Assembly (NCBI GenBank): GCA_030141605.1
Contig: JAQGDQ010000412.1
Span: forward strand, 124,001-188,000
Source of the DNA: Tubiluchus corallicola
Lineage: Eukaryota > Animalia > Priapulida
Reading direction: 5' to 3'
Length of the DNA: 64,000 nt
The number at the start of each line of letters is the position of its first letter. Positions within the stretch are counted from its first letter, which is position 1. The notes beneath the pieces are model-generated. The model made no database searches. It saw nothing but the letters and a program-made list of their open reading frames with translations, and was not told where the DNA came from. Position numbers and translations under genes: made by a program. Positions 50,101 to 63,310 of the stretch are shown piece by piece.

Positions 50101-52719
50101 CTAAAGTTTCGTCAAAAAGGATGTTCGCACAATGTGATTATTTTTTTAATTTACTTTGATTATTGGCAGTTAAGCGTTTATCATACTCACGTTAAAAGAA
50201 TTTCCTGTTTGTTTTCATTTTAAAACTCCCGCGAGACTGTCACGGCGGCGCCATATTACATGGCGTCACAGATCCACAACACCAATCTTTATAGTACACG
50301 TGCTCAGAACTCACTGCGAGTCTGTTCGAGTGATGTCATGCCACGTGATCAGTCACATGCTGGCTTTTCAATTGGCGGATTAAATGTAACATGTCTGCGC
50401 CAACGTTTACTGCAGCGGTTGAATATTTTACAAAAATGGGAGTAAATGCGAAACCGCGAGTACTTTACTCGCTTAAGATTATACTTAGGTGATATAATTT
50501 TTTGTTTCGAATTTTCTGAGGCTTACTTAGGTTGGCCATTTTCTTGTCCTTTAATTAAGTTCGACGCTTGTTGCAAATGACGACTGGCCATTAACCCTTT
50601 CATGCACAAATTTTTTAGCACAAAAATTTGCATATTCATACCACCCCATTTTTAAATGGTCATATCATGAAAACTAAAAGACGAAAACATATTGTGTAAC
50701 TGACTTTTTTGTAGCATTTTAATTGCTTTTTTAAAATATGGAAAAATATTTGACAGAAATTATAACGTGCAGCAATGGTAGTTAGTTATACTTCAAAACA
50801 AAAACAGAAAAGAATCAATATTTCACTAGTTCGAGTAACGTAAATCACAGAACAACTGCTACAATGGAATATTTTACAAAAATATTGTGTTGATGGCTTT
50901 TGCAAAAGGGCAATGCTACATTTTACACAACTGCAATCTTAAGATGATTCATCTGTACAATATTTAATATAAATTACATTGATTAGTAATTAGCATTTAT
51001 AAGTAATGTATGTGTACAGCAGGTCAAATAATATAACATTTAGTTGATTACGAGATCTAGCAACCTTGCATTATTATGATCTCTTTCACTTCATTATCAC
51101 AAAAGGCCTGTATTGTCCATTCACCAAGTGTCCAAAAGAGTTCACAGCACATAAAATCAGTTTCATTAATACTAGCAACACTCTTAAACTTTACTGAATT
51201 AACGAGTACATGATTCTTTCCCATTGTTGTTATGCTTGTATTATCATTTAAAATAGACAATAAAATAGACAACAGCTGCCCGTGCTAGGCCTTCTCTTAT
51301 GCGGAAACCTTCCCTGCTTTTGTGATGTTCACATTTTTAAGTCCTAATTTTTATTTCATTTGCAGTTGCAGTTTCCTGTTTTACTTGGTTAGTTGCAAAT
51401 GGCTTCTTTGCTGATGTGACAGACTTTTCTAACTAATTTCAATATCTATGGGCCACTATGGCCTTGATTTCTTTCATTTAAATCTGTGCCTACTTTTCTA
51501 GTTTGTCTTACACTGATTGCACATTGTCTTATTTACGTCGTAAATTCTTTAGCAACGATTTTTTTCATCTGATTTAATTGTTGCATTGCCACGTTTGACT
51601 TGTGTTATTTGCGTAGCCATTTTTCTTGATTGTTGATAACAGCATTGTTTGCATTTAGAACTTACAAGGTTCTGCTGAAAATCGTATGAACAATGCAGAA
51701 ACTTATCCTTGTTCAAGCGTGTAAGTGTACAGCAAAAATTATGATGCTTTCCGTGGCCTTTGTGGTAATAAGGTTCTTTCTGTTGAACTAAAATTTCCAT
51801 AATTATGATAGATCACGTACGGTTAGTAAGTAAATACAATTTAAATGTAAGACAACTACATGATTGTGTATATTTCAGTAGCATGCCACTTGTCAGGAAA
51901 TCGCACATATATTTCCCGAAGATAAATTTAATTTATGTGTCTATAAAATCCCCTCTAAATTCTCTAGCATTTTTTCTTACTTAGTGAATTTTCCTTTAAC
52001 TACAGTCTTACAATATAGCCTTGAATGTTAGACTTAGATTTGCCGTTAGAATAGGTCTGTTGGTAGTTTCCGACCATACAAGTATGCATTGCATGAAGCC
52101 CACTATTTAGATTAATTTATGAAGGAAAAGTTTATATAAGGCCGCTCGACATGAGCAACGAGGACGACTCTCTTAGCTTTCACTGGCTAATAGAGCAAGT
52201 CCCCCTATATAGGCCTATAGTGCTAAATTATAGTTAAAATTATGGTGCACCTAAATTGAAGTTATGTTGTGCCTCATAAGGTGATTATTGTGCTTTAGTG
52301 CATTGTGCTACTTGTAATAATTATGCTATTTATGTAAATGGTAGTATGTAAGTAAACATTTATTAAACTAACGCTTTATATTTGTGAAATTTGTGATGTG
52401 TGTTCCTTGAATGAAATAATGATGTATTTTATTGTGGCCACATTTTAATCTAATCTGTTTCTCTGTGATCTTTTGAAGTAGGAAGTACGAATGACTAAAT
52501 GAAAATGATTAAATGTTCAAAGTAGTGAGACACAAACAATTAAAGAAATACATATCGAGGTTTACTTTAAAAATGGATAATCGCATAACCCTATATTGAT
52601 TACAATCATAAAAAACATTTCTGACAGTTTCAGTCCTGTTACAAATAGATTACCAGGTTAGTGTACCATAGGTTTCTCCCCTGTGTTTTATTAACGTAAA
52701 AATCACATACTATAAAACA

Positions 52720-53075
52720 AATTTTCGATACCACTTGTCTTTGCTAGACAGGAGTCATGTTATAGCCAAATCTGTTACTCTATTCTCAACATTTTTGAAT
52801 ATGTACACAATTGGATACATTTTTGAATATGTACACTTTTTAATACAATTGGAATCACGTTTATCTCACACGATCATTTCGTTCAATGCTATCGGTTTAC
52901 TGCTGCCGTAGGTTATGTTAGCTTTCACATCACCCGCCGTAACACAGTCATCATGTTGATCAATTATACTATGAAGTGCCCCTAAAGCATTTTCGTAATC
53001 GCTTTTTATTTCCAACATTATTCTGTTTATCAAATGGCATAATGCACTGATAACCATAATAAGATCTTTTCCCAA
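52720..53075 (-). mobile_element. LINE AP-endonuclease remnant
   Basis: DYENALGALHSII...CVTAGDVKA resembles the GDFNA motif region. Confidence 0.45.
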
Positions 53076-53508
53076 GTGACTCTGGTTGGCAGATTTTTAT
53101 TGCAATGCATCTGTTAGTATTACTACATTTCTTAGCTAATATGTTCATGCATATGAATTGAAGCGTTTCACAGGGATCGAATTTTTAGTCAAATATAAGT
53201 GCACAATGTTGTATGTCGTGGAGAAATATTATAATTTTATGGCTTCATAAGCCTATGTAATAGATTTCTTGTGTATCTAATAGAAATAACATATACTTTC
53301 TTTGTTGACCGCATTTGTAGTGTTTGAGTGGCATGTGCGCAAGTTGTGTCAGTCAAATCAACAGAGTATCGATCCTATTATTGAGCAGCAGGACTTTACC
53401 TGGTAACGAAGCAGAATAGGCAATTGTTCTATCCCAGGCAACGGTTTAACAGTAGCTGACTTCTAATTTGGAGAAGCTTCATTTAGAAAAACAGAGCAAC
53501 AACGCAAC

Positions 53509-54552
53509 ATGTTTCAGTGTTTTGAAAGCACAAAGTTTCAACAGAACGTTAGTGTTTCTGCAGCAAAGTTAGTGTTTGCGATAGTGCTAGTATTCTATTG
53601 CATATTTTTTGCGAAAACTTTTTTGTTATCGCCGAGTTATTTGCCTCGTAAACCAATTGTATTCACTAAAAAAGTTTCAGTAAAAAGTAGTGCAAATTCA
53701 TCCAGTGCTTCTCGTGATTCTACTCAGGATATTGAGAGAAGGTATGCTGAGTACAAATTTAGTAAGAGAAAGAGATGCAAACCTGGCACTAAGAGGCGAT
53801 TACCTCAGTGCATTATAATCGGATTTGGAAAATGTGGAACCCTTGCCCTGCAGACAATGTTGAAACTTCATCCAAGTATAGCTGTCCGAGACTGGAGGCC
53901 AGTAGAGGTGCATTACTTTAACCGTCACTATGATAAAGGTTTAGAATGGTACAGAGAAGCCATGCCATGCTCGACAAATGAACAAATTACCATAGAAAAA
54001 AATCCAAGCTATGTTATAACTCCAGGCGTGGCAGAAAAGATAAGGAAAGATCTCCCTGATGCTAAATTCCTTGTTATTGTTCGAGAGCCGTTTAAAAGGA
54101 CTGTGTCGCTTTACCTAGAAATTGGAAAACGGAAACACCAAACATTTGCAGAGTTTATAACTTCTAATGGAGAATTAAAACACGTAGATGAAGGAAAGTA
54201 TGTGACTTATATTGAAAAGTGGTTCAAAGTTTTTCCTAGAGAGCAACTTCACATTGTCTCTGGTGACGAATTAGTCCAAAATCCAATAAGCGAACTGAGA
54301 AGAGTTGAAACTTTTCTTAATCTGGATCATCTTATACCTGAAGATGCATTTGTCTACAGAAAAGATAAAGGATTTTATTGTTTCCATGAAAGAACTAGTA
54401 AAAAAATTAGTAAAGATGTCACCTGTTTGGGGAAGGCAAAAGGCAGAAAACACCCAGCAGTATCGCAAGAACTGGAAAAACGTTTAAAACGAATTTTTAA
54501 ACCTTATAATGAAAAGTTGTACAAAATAGCAAACCGGTCGTTTCATTGGTAA
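53509..54552 (+). CDS. Heparan sulfate glucosamine 3-O-sulfotransferase-like, type II membrane, single exon (347 aa)
   Basis: Same motifs as 42970 (IIIGFGKCGT, EVHYF, EKNPSY, REPFKR, KGFYC, CLGKAKGRKHP, FHW). Confidence 0.93.
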   Translation: MFQCFESTKFQQNVSVSAAKLVFAIVLVFYCIFFAKTFLLSPSYLPRKPIVFTKKVSVKSSANSSSASRDSTQDIERRYAEYKFSKRKRCKPGTKRRLPQCIIIGFGKCGTLALQTMLKLHPSIAVRDWRPVEVHYFNRHYDKGLEWYREAMPCSTNEQITIEKNPSYVITPGVAEKIRKDLPDAKFLVIVREPFKRTVSLYLEIGKRKHQTFAEFITSNGELKHVDEGKYVTYIEKWFKVFPREQLHIVSGDELVQNPISELRRVETFLNLDHLIPEDAFVYRKDKGFYCFHERTSKKISKDVTCLGKAKGRKHPAVSQELEKRLKRIFKPYNEKLYKIANRSFHW

Positions 54553-54828
54553 ATAAATCTTGATTAAACTAAATTGTAAATGTAGTTCAAAATTTGTAAA
54601 CATCTGAAAATAATGAAGTCATTACAATATTATGGATTTTGAACCACAAAATGTGATAATATTTCCTCGGGTTGGAAAAAGAATATGGAAAGATCTAGAT
54701 GGTGCGTTGGGAAGCTTTCCGAATGGTGATGAAACTTTCTGAGAATTTAACAAATTTAATTGAAAAACTAAAGAAACTGTTGCAGCTCAATATCTAAAAA
54801 TTCCTGTTGTAGAGTTAGTCCCTGTTAG

Positions 54829-55316
54829 TGTGACCAAGAATGCTCAAACACTCCAATCCAAACATCAAGTCCAGACATAAGTGTGTACATCAGTTGTTTA
54901 TTCTGTTAAGAATACAGATATGTAAATAAATAAATTGCTGCTATTTTATGGAATTAATAACTTCAAATTAGTACAAACACAAACAAATTTCATGAAGTAA
55001 CATTTCACATATACAGTTAATTTCAGTAATTAATCAAATCAGCAAAAATTATTAAATTAAATAAAAGCAACTTGCATCCTTGCCCAAACATTAGAGCACC
55101 ATTAGAAAAACAGTGAAAGACTGCAGACAGCAGGAATCAATTCAGTTAACAAGCCACAAATCTATAAATCACATGCGTCCAGTCTCAACATATCAAGGCC
55201 AAGTGTCTGCAGCATTTCACAAAGCCAGGTACCTAAAGTCATCAACCATGAAATCACCTGACAGGTAAGTTGAGGTAACTGCCTGCTGGCCTCAGAGGGC
55301 AGCACTGTCCAGTACA
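54829..55316 (-). mobile_element. Solo LTR of the BEL/Pao family found at 9.3-12.8 kb
   Basis: Reverse complement reads TGTACTGGACAGTGCTGCCCTCTGAGG...GAGCATTCTTGGTCACA. No TSD seen. Confidence 0.85.
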
Positions 55317-55794
55317 ATACTAATTACTTTGTTACACACTATTGTGTATTAATTAAAGACCGTTGAGCCAAGTTAACGGTGACGTTATAACAGAACAAAA
55401 TTTTCAACAGCACAAACATTCTACTCAACATCGAATTTTTAAGCTTTATTTACGAATAAAGATCTTATCTTGTCCTGTCAGTGATCAGCTGTGTCAATGC
55501 TACTGTATTTGTTGTTGTTTTTTTTTTACCAAACTTGCAGTTTTTGGCAGCTGCAAGTTGAGCCTGTTGCATGTTTTGCAGTAGTTAGCTTTGTGCTGTT
55601 CATAGATTAAATAAATCTGTGAAAAATTATGTTTGCAATTGTAAATATCGAATTCAGCATTCTTGCAAGAAAAAATGCCATGATCAAAGTGTCTTGGTTA
55701 AGAATCACATATTTGGTTGTAACTTTCTGCTAAATTAGCATTAGAAGAGCAAAAATTCTTAGTTTTACTTAGATAGTGACTGTGAGTGCCAAAT

Positions 55795-56166
55795 TACTGA
55801 AACATTTTGGGTATTAGATGGCCAAAGAAAATTTCAAACAAAGATCTATATGAAAAAATAAAAGAAGAATCTTGGACAAGAAAAATAAAAAGACGCCGTT
55901 TAAGATGGATTGGGCATTATGCTTAGACTACCTGATGATATTCCAGTGAAGATAGCTTTTCAACAAGCCATAGAATCAGCTAAAAAACCTGCAGGAGGAC
56001 AAATGTTAATATATTTAGATTTTGCACAGAAAGATTTAAACACTTCAGCTTTGATCCTTAGAAATAAATCTACTCGGGGCATTGCGGCGAGCAGGGAGTC
56101 CTGGCATATGGAGGTGAGCAGAATCATGTCACTGGACGTGTGATTCATTGGATGATGATGATGATG
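55795..56166 (+). mobile_element. 5'-truncated RTE-group LINE 3' end
   Basis: ILGIRWPKKISNKDLYE...IKRRRLRWIGH, frameshift, MLRLPDDIPVKIAF; (GAT)n tail. Confidence 0.8.
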
Positions 56167-57019
56167 TGACTGCCAGAATATTGATAGACCTTGTGTGGAA
56201 TAATTATTAAATAACCAAAATAGTTTGTTCTAACAGTATAACTAATAATAGTTAAATGTGCGTTTTGATTAGATTAAGTTGACTTACCTGTTCTTGTCTG
56301 TTAGGTGGTGACATCTGGCTTCAATGTTAGCAGTTATAGTTTTAAATACCTGTCATTCAAGTTTCAATGTGTTCAAAGCAGTGATGAAGTGTTTTCTGTG
56401 TAACTCACGATTTGATGCCAAAGATGTATGTAGATTTTGTTTAATTTTATTTAGTTATTCACTGAAAGTCTCGGATTAATTTTACTTAATGGTAATTGAC
56501 TTTTAGACAGGAAATGGATTAGTTTATTTAAAAGAATTTTTCATTCCAGATAAAATGTATAATTTTGGGAAATGGCGTCTCATGTCAAATATGAAGTGAA
56601 ATGACGAAAGGGCATGTGGTGTGGTGACGGTGCACGAACAATAAAACATTATACTAAGCAGTACCTGATGATTTTGTTTGTTTGTCACTGTAAACCTCAA
56701 ACATGAGCTTATACCAGCTTTTGCTTCTCTAGCACGACAATTAATCTTTTGTGATAACGATAGTGTATGAAACATAATAATTTATTACAATATGACGTAA
56801 AAATTTTGATAGTTTGTCCCCACGTATTGAATGTCACTATTGAATTTCCAACTTCAAAACTTGAATAACACAGACAGCATAATTTATGTTAACTTTTTTA
56901 AAAAACCTGAGTTGATTTTCATTGCAAACAAATCGCCCAGGTCAGCTTGTGCACCGGACAAATTTGCCCCGGAACCGCTGACAATCTGGACGAACTGCGC
57001 AGGATCTCTGGAGAAGTCG

Positions 57020-57520
57020 CTTTTTGAAGTGAAATATTTATCTTTTTGAAGTGAAATATTAATCTTTTTGAAGCGAAATATTAATCTTTTTCAAGTGAAA
57101 TATTAATCTTTTTGAAGCGAAATATTATTCTTTTTGAAGTGAAATATTAATCTTTTTGAAGCGAAATATTAATCTTTTTGAAGTGAAATATTAATCTTTT
57201 TCAAGTGAAATATTAATCTTTTTGAAGCGAAATATTAATCTTTTTGAAGTGAAATATTAATCTTTTTCAAGTGAAATATTAATCTTTTTGAAGCGAAATA
57301 TTAATCTTTTTCAAGTGAAATATTAATCCTTTTGAAGTGAAATATTAATCATTTTGAAGTAAAATATTAATCTTTTTGAAGTAAAATATTAATCTTTTTG
57401 AAGTAAAATATTAATCTTTTTGAAGTAAAATATTAATCTTTTTGAAGTGAAATATTAATCTTTTTCAAGTGAAATATTAATCTTTTTCAAGTGAAATATT
57501 AATCTTTTTGAAGTGAAATA
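57020..57520. repeat. 22-bp minisatellite, about 23 copies
   Basis: Unit tttttgaagtgaaatattaatc. Confidence 0.97.
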
Positions 57521-57939
57521 AGCCCGCTTTTTAGGCGATTCCAACATTTGCTTAACAAGGTATTGCAATTTTTTTGTTTCGTTTTGTCGCAGATGCGAGC
57601 ATTTAATTTACAATTTATTACTAATTTTGATTTGTAGTTTTAAACTTTAGTTTTTCATTACCACTAAGTCAGTACTGACATCTGTTTGTACACTTGGAAG
57701 TTTCCAATATATGTGTGTGCTTGCTACTGCTATATGTTTGTATGGAACTGGGTTACTGGGCTTCTCTGTGAATGTAGTAGTTTTTCACACTTGGTAGCAA
57801 GATTAGAGGACAAGCAATAGGCTTAAGCAGTTGTGAGGTTATAATAACGTTTTGACTCAGGTGCCATGATATATTGGCTGATGGATTTACTTTGACTTTT
57901 GCTTACTACTGTTGATTATGTTTACCATTTTCTTGTATA

Positions 57940-58288
57940 TGTGGACTGACTATGAGACTATGATTTTGAGTAAAATACAGATTGCAAAGTTAAACCAATG
58001 TGGACTGACTATGAGACTATGATTTTGAGTAAAATACAGATTGCAAAGTTAAACCAATGTGGACTGACTATGAGACTATGATTTTGAGTAAAATACAGAT
58101 TGCAAAGTTAAACCAACGTGGACTGACTATGAGACTATGATTTTGAGTAAAATACAGATTGCAAAGTTAAACCAATGTGGACTGACTATGAGACTATGAT
58201 TTTGAGTAAAATACAGATTGCAAAGTTAAACCAATGTGGACTATGAGACTATGATTTTGAGTAAAATACAGATCGCAAAGTTAAACCA
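57940..58288. repeat. 59-bp tandem repeat, about 6 copies
   Basis: Unit tgtggactgactatgagactatg...gttaaaccaa. Confidence 0.97.
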
Positions 58289-59481
58289 TGTTTTTATCCA
58301 TTGATTTCATCTGTTTAACATGAACTTGGCAACTACAAAAACAGTCAGATAAACCTGCCAATGTCGGTTGTTGGCCCTCCCCAAAACACCCCGGCGACAA
58401 CTTTAACGTCACGACAGGTTTCACTACTTCTTGGACAAATAATTGTTTTCTCCTAAGCAAACGGTTAGCGAGTTATGTGCCATGCATAGTTTCTCTCTTT
58501 AAAGAATTAGATACTTAGTTTAATGTTGTGATGATATTAATGGAGCTAATAATAATGATGATGATAGTAATGTAAAAAGTACTTTTGTAAATTGTCAACG
58601 CCTATCCATCATTGTTATAAAGTTACTTTTTTCTAGAAGAAATTTAGTTTTACGTTTTATTATGTCATCATGCCCATGTTTAGCGCATGCGCTTTAGCGA
58701 AAGTGTCCTACTTCGGCTAGTGGCCTACCCTGCGCCATACAGAAATGAGTCGTTACACAAAGTTACATACCTGCTTTGCTGTAAGCAAGAAATTTGCATA
58801 GCGACTAAAGAGCTTATTTTGATTTCGTAGGCCCCTGAGGTACAGACACCGTGAGGCCCAGGCTGCTAGAGACAATTAACAAAAGCATGAATGTTGGATT
58901 CTTCAAATCAGTTTATTCAACTTATACAACATAATGCCAACATTAGGCCCACATAGATGGGTGCAAGTCCAACACAACAAAAAGAGAGGAAATATTCTGA
59001 TATTTACAAAATTAAAATAAGTTTTTGAAGTATGAAATATAATACGTACAAACTACAATAAACAAATTACTGGTATTTTAACTTCTATCATAGAATACAC
59101 TGTTATTAGTACTATTACTAAATTTTATTCACCAAATGTCCTGTAATTGTAACCAGGATTGTCAGTGTGGCAGGACCAATGAGTTGGAATAAGAGATAAG
59201 AAAGCAATTACAGTGTATTTTTATACAGCATATTAATTAATGAGCCCTTTTCAAAAAGATAATTCATTATTCTCATTCAGTGAAACTTTTCATAGTGAAT
59301 TAATTTCGCTTAATCTCTGCAGGCCCCTCAGCTCGAAGCCTCTAGACTGCAGCACATAAAACCAATGCCCTAATCCAGCACTGAGCCAGCAAACTGCAAG
59401 TGATAATATATATGCTGATAATATGAGCTTAAGTCAGTTCGTTTAACACGTGAAGTCGTAAACTATGGTGTGTGTAATTAG

Positions 59482-59858
59482 TAGGGGTGAGCATTCTCTA
59501 CCAGAAAGCGAATTCGAATCGAACCGAATTTGTGACTTTCGAATTGGAATCGAACCGAACTTCAGTGATTCGAATTCGAACCGAATTCGAATTGAGATTG
59601 AAAGATTTTCGAACTAGTTTTTGAACCACCAGTAAAAATTAGTCTTACAAAGATCATGCATGTCACCAGATTTTGTTCTACAATAAAACGACTTGTAATT
59701 GGTATAAAATTGTGCACAGAAATCACAGCTAAATTATGCTAATTGCATGATGTTTCAATCGTTTTAGTGATAGAGAACATATGTGATTGAAGTGCTGAAT
59801 TATTCGAACCTATATATTATTCGAACGTTCGAACTCAAACGTTCGATGCTCACCCCTA
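59482..59858. mobile_element. hAT-type MITE
   Basis: Perfect 13-bp TIR TAGGGGTGAGCAT/ATGCTCACCCCTA, 8-bp TSD GTAATTAG (59474-59481, 59859-59866), and subterminal TTCGAA repeats. Confidence 0.92.
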
Positions 59859-59967
59859 GTAATTAGTGAATTAGTTTCTCTCAAGAAACATTGTTTATTT
59901 TAAGAATGCATTGTTTTCTCTAACAGTTCCAATGATATGTAAAGTTTGCAGAACATAAGTGAACTAT

Positions 59968-60962
59968 TAGTATTTGATAATAATAGAATTATATTTATCA
60001 GGAGAGCTAGATCTAAATAGTATTTGATAATAATAGAATTATATGTATCAGGAGAGCTAGATCTAAATAGTATTTGATAATAATAGAATTATACGTATCA
60101 GGAGAGCTAGATCTAGATAGTATTTGATAATAATAGAATTATATGTATCAGGAGAGCTAGATCTAGATAGTAGTTGATTATAATAGAATTATATGTATCA
60201 GCAGAGCTAGATGTAGATAATATTGATTATAATAAAATTATATGTATCAGCAGAGCTAGATCTAGATAGTATTTGATTATAATAGAATTATATGTATCAG
60301 CAGAGCTAGATCTAGATAGTATTTGATTATAACAGAATTACATGTATCAGCAGAGCTAGATCTATACAGTATTTGATAATAATAGAATTATATGTATCAG
60401 CAGAGCTAGATCTAGTTAGTATTTGATTATAATAGAATTATATGTATCAGCAGTGCTAGATCTAAAGAGTATTTGATTGTAATAGAATTATATGTATCAG
60501 CAGAGCTAGATCTAAACAGTATTTGATAATAGTAGAATTATATGTATCAGCAGAGCTAGATCTAGATAGTATTTGATTATAATAGAATTATGTATCAGCA
60601 GAGCTAGATCTAGATAGTATTTGATTATAATAGAATTATATGTATCAGCAGAGCTAGATCTAAAGAGTATTTGATTATAATAGAATTATATGTATCAGCA
60701 GAGCTAGATCTAGATAGTATTTGATTATAATAGAATTACATGTATCTGCAGAGCTAGATCTAAAGAGTATTTGATAATAATAGAATTACATGTATCAGCA
60801 GAGCTAGATCTAAAGAGTATTTGATTATAATAGAATTACATGTATCAGCAGAGCTAGATCTAAAGAGTATTTGATTGTAATAGAATTACATGTATCAGCA
60901 GAGCTAGATCTAAAGAGTATTTGATTATAATAGAATTACATGTATCAGCAGAGCTAGATCTA
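59968..60962. repeat. 50-bp minisatellite, about 20 copies
   Basis: Unit tagtatttgataataatagaattatatgtatcagcagagctagatctaga, with variants. Confidence 0.97.
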
Positions 60963-61435
60963 TGTATGATTTTCATACTGCACTTTCTTCGTCACATTTT
61001 GCTGCATTGGACAGATGTTAAAAAACCAAGTCTCATGACGCCAATTTTGCATTTAAATCTTTTTCTTGTTACTGAAAGTGAAAACGAGAGTTGCCATTAG
61101 GTACGCCAGATCGTGACTGATTCGTAAATGCACTCACTTGTACAGGCGTTTATTAAAAACCATTAATGATATTGCAAGTTCAAAGTCTAAAGATACGCCC
61201 AGTCAGTGTGTAACAGTTTTCTTTCACGTGCAATTATCTATTTGATTTGTGTTGTGGGTGCAGTTTTGTTGACTTTGTCATACATGTAGTAGTAGTAGTT
61301 GTAAATACAGTAGCTATCTTCATGGTGTTACAATAGCTTCTTGAATGACATTTTCACAATCATTTCTCTTCGCTGTTTTGTAGATTTCGTATTTTTTCGC
61401 ATACGTTTGTTCACGCTGTGTTCCTCTTCAAAATT

Positions 61436-61493
61436 ATGTTGGACAAATTTTTAATTTTGTCGCTGTGTAACGTTTTGCTGTTCTTGATATCAG
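61436..61493 (+). CDS. Signal-peptide exon of an Ig-superfamily gene
   Basis: MLDKFLILSLCNVLLFLIS plus one G, then CAG|GTTAGT donor, phase 1, in frame with 62250. Upstream acceptor TTTTGTAG ends at 61383. Confidence 0.7.
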
Positions 61494-61529
61494 GTTAGTA
61501 TCAAAACAGTAAGTGGTGCTTTTGTTTGT

Positions 61530-62130
61530 ATATTATATTGTATTGTATTGTATTGTATTGTATTGTATTGTATTCTATTCTATTGTATTGTATTGTATTG
61601 TATTGTATTGTATTGTATTGTATTGTATTGTATTGTATTGTATTGTATTGTATTGTGTTGTATTGTGTTGTGTTATGTAGTTGTGTTGCATTGCATTATG
61701 TTATGTTATGTTATGTTATGTTATGTTATGTTATGTTATGTTATGTTATGTTATGTTATGTTATGTTATGTTATGTTATGTTATGTTATGTTATGTTATG
61801 TTATGTTATGTTAATGTTATGTTATGTTATGTTATGTTATGTTATGTTATGTTATGCTATGCTATGCTATGCTATGCTATGCTATGCTATGCTATGCTAT
61901 GCTATGCTATCCTGTATTATGTTATGGTATGTTAAGTTATGTTATGTTATGTTATGTTATGCTATGTTACGTTACGTTACGTTACATTACGTTACATTAC
62001 ATTACGTTACGTTACATTACATTACAATACATTACATTACATTACATTACATTACATTACATTACATTATAATTATTTTGGTTTCATTGCATTAAATTAC
62101 GTTACATTACATTACCTAAATTACATTAAT
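61530..62130. repeat. Compound pentanucleotide microsatellite (TATTG/TATGT/TATGC/TTACA)
   Basis: Simple repeats, intronic. Confidence 0.97.
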
Positions 62131-62249
62131 TTTCATTGTATTACTTTGGGTTAGTTATATTCTGCACAAATTTGAAGATTTGACTAAAGTTTTGCAGGAG
62201 TGTTGCCTAAAGCTCTAGCAAAGTACAAGGAAGTTTGTGTTTAATTTAG

Positions 62250-62454
62250 TTGGAGGACAGCATATTGTAGTTCCACCTAGCGATGTGGCTGTTTGGGAAG
62301 GTGAGCAAGTGATTGTTGAGTGTGGGATAGATTCACAGGGAAGCTCAGGAAGCATTTCTGTAGCCTGGCTTCAAAACGAAGACAAGTGGTTGGAAATTGG
62401 TGACCGTTACGAATGGCAAGACGGAAACCACGCGAATGGAAATTACAATCTCTT
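62250..62454 (+). CDS. Exon encoding most of an N-terminal Ig domain (nephrin/Kirrel-like)
   Basis: TTTAG acceptor, GTGAGT donor. QHIVVPPSDVAVWEGEQVIVEC...VAW...RY...GNYNL has Ig strand A-E spacing. Confidence 0.75.
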
Positions 62455-62679
62455 GTGAGTATAACCCTATCAGTTTAGCTAGTACAGTAGTGCTTAACGA
62501 TTGAGCTTCGTCTTTGTAAGATTTTAACGACTTTAATATGATAATTATATGAGATATAGTAATAAACTGAAGCGCTATTAAAACCCAACGATAATCAGGT
62601 GTCAATGTGTCAGTATCAGCGGTCTGTAAGTTCATTCTGCTTTGCTAGCAGGAAAAGCGCAAGAAAATCCTCCACTTAC

Positions 62680-63310
62680 ATAAAGCTTAAAAAATTCGTC
62701 TTGAAATTTTATACCACTTACGTACTGCCTTTTCGTATGCAGGGCTTGCGTCGGCAGTCACGCTGTATAAAACGTGCAAATTTAAACTCCCGCGATGACC
62801 GCTAGACGCATCCATTTTAATGGTTGGTCGTTTGAAACAAGTTCTGATAACATTAAGTAAAGTTTGAAAAAACAATCAGAGCATTCCTAGCATACGTGTT
62901 GCTAATTAAGTAAAATTTTAAATTACTGTATCTTGTCAATAAGATTAAAAATACGTTTTGGCTAGTGAGTGGCGCACCCTGGAAGGTGAGTCAGCGACAT
63001 TTTACCAACTTGCACAAACATTTTAAATCATTATTTTTAGTGACATAAGTCTTTCCAGCAGGTAAGTGAAATGCAAAGAAATATATGGAAAGTTTTTTGG
63101 GTCTTAATTTAACATTGTCTTTTCTTCCCCTGATTTACGTTGTGAGTATATGACGTCATGTAATGGCGCCGTCGGAACAGTTTTAAACTGAAAACAAACG
63201 AAAAATCCTTTCAACGCGAATACGATATGTGCATAAAATTGCTGTAAAGTAGTATAATTTTTTGAGGTGATTTTTCTGGAATATATTTCATGTGCCCCTT
63301 TTCTTGTCCT
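62680..63310 (-). mobile_element. Second, inverted copy of the 28.4-29.1-kb dispersed repeat
   Basis: Reverse-complement match over about 600 bp. Confidence 0.7.
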
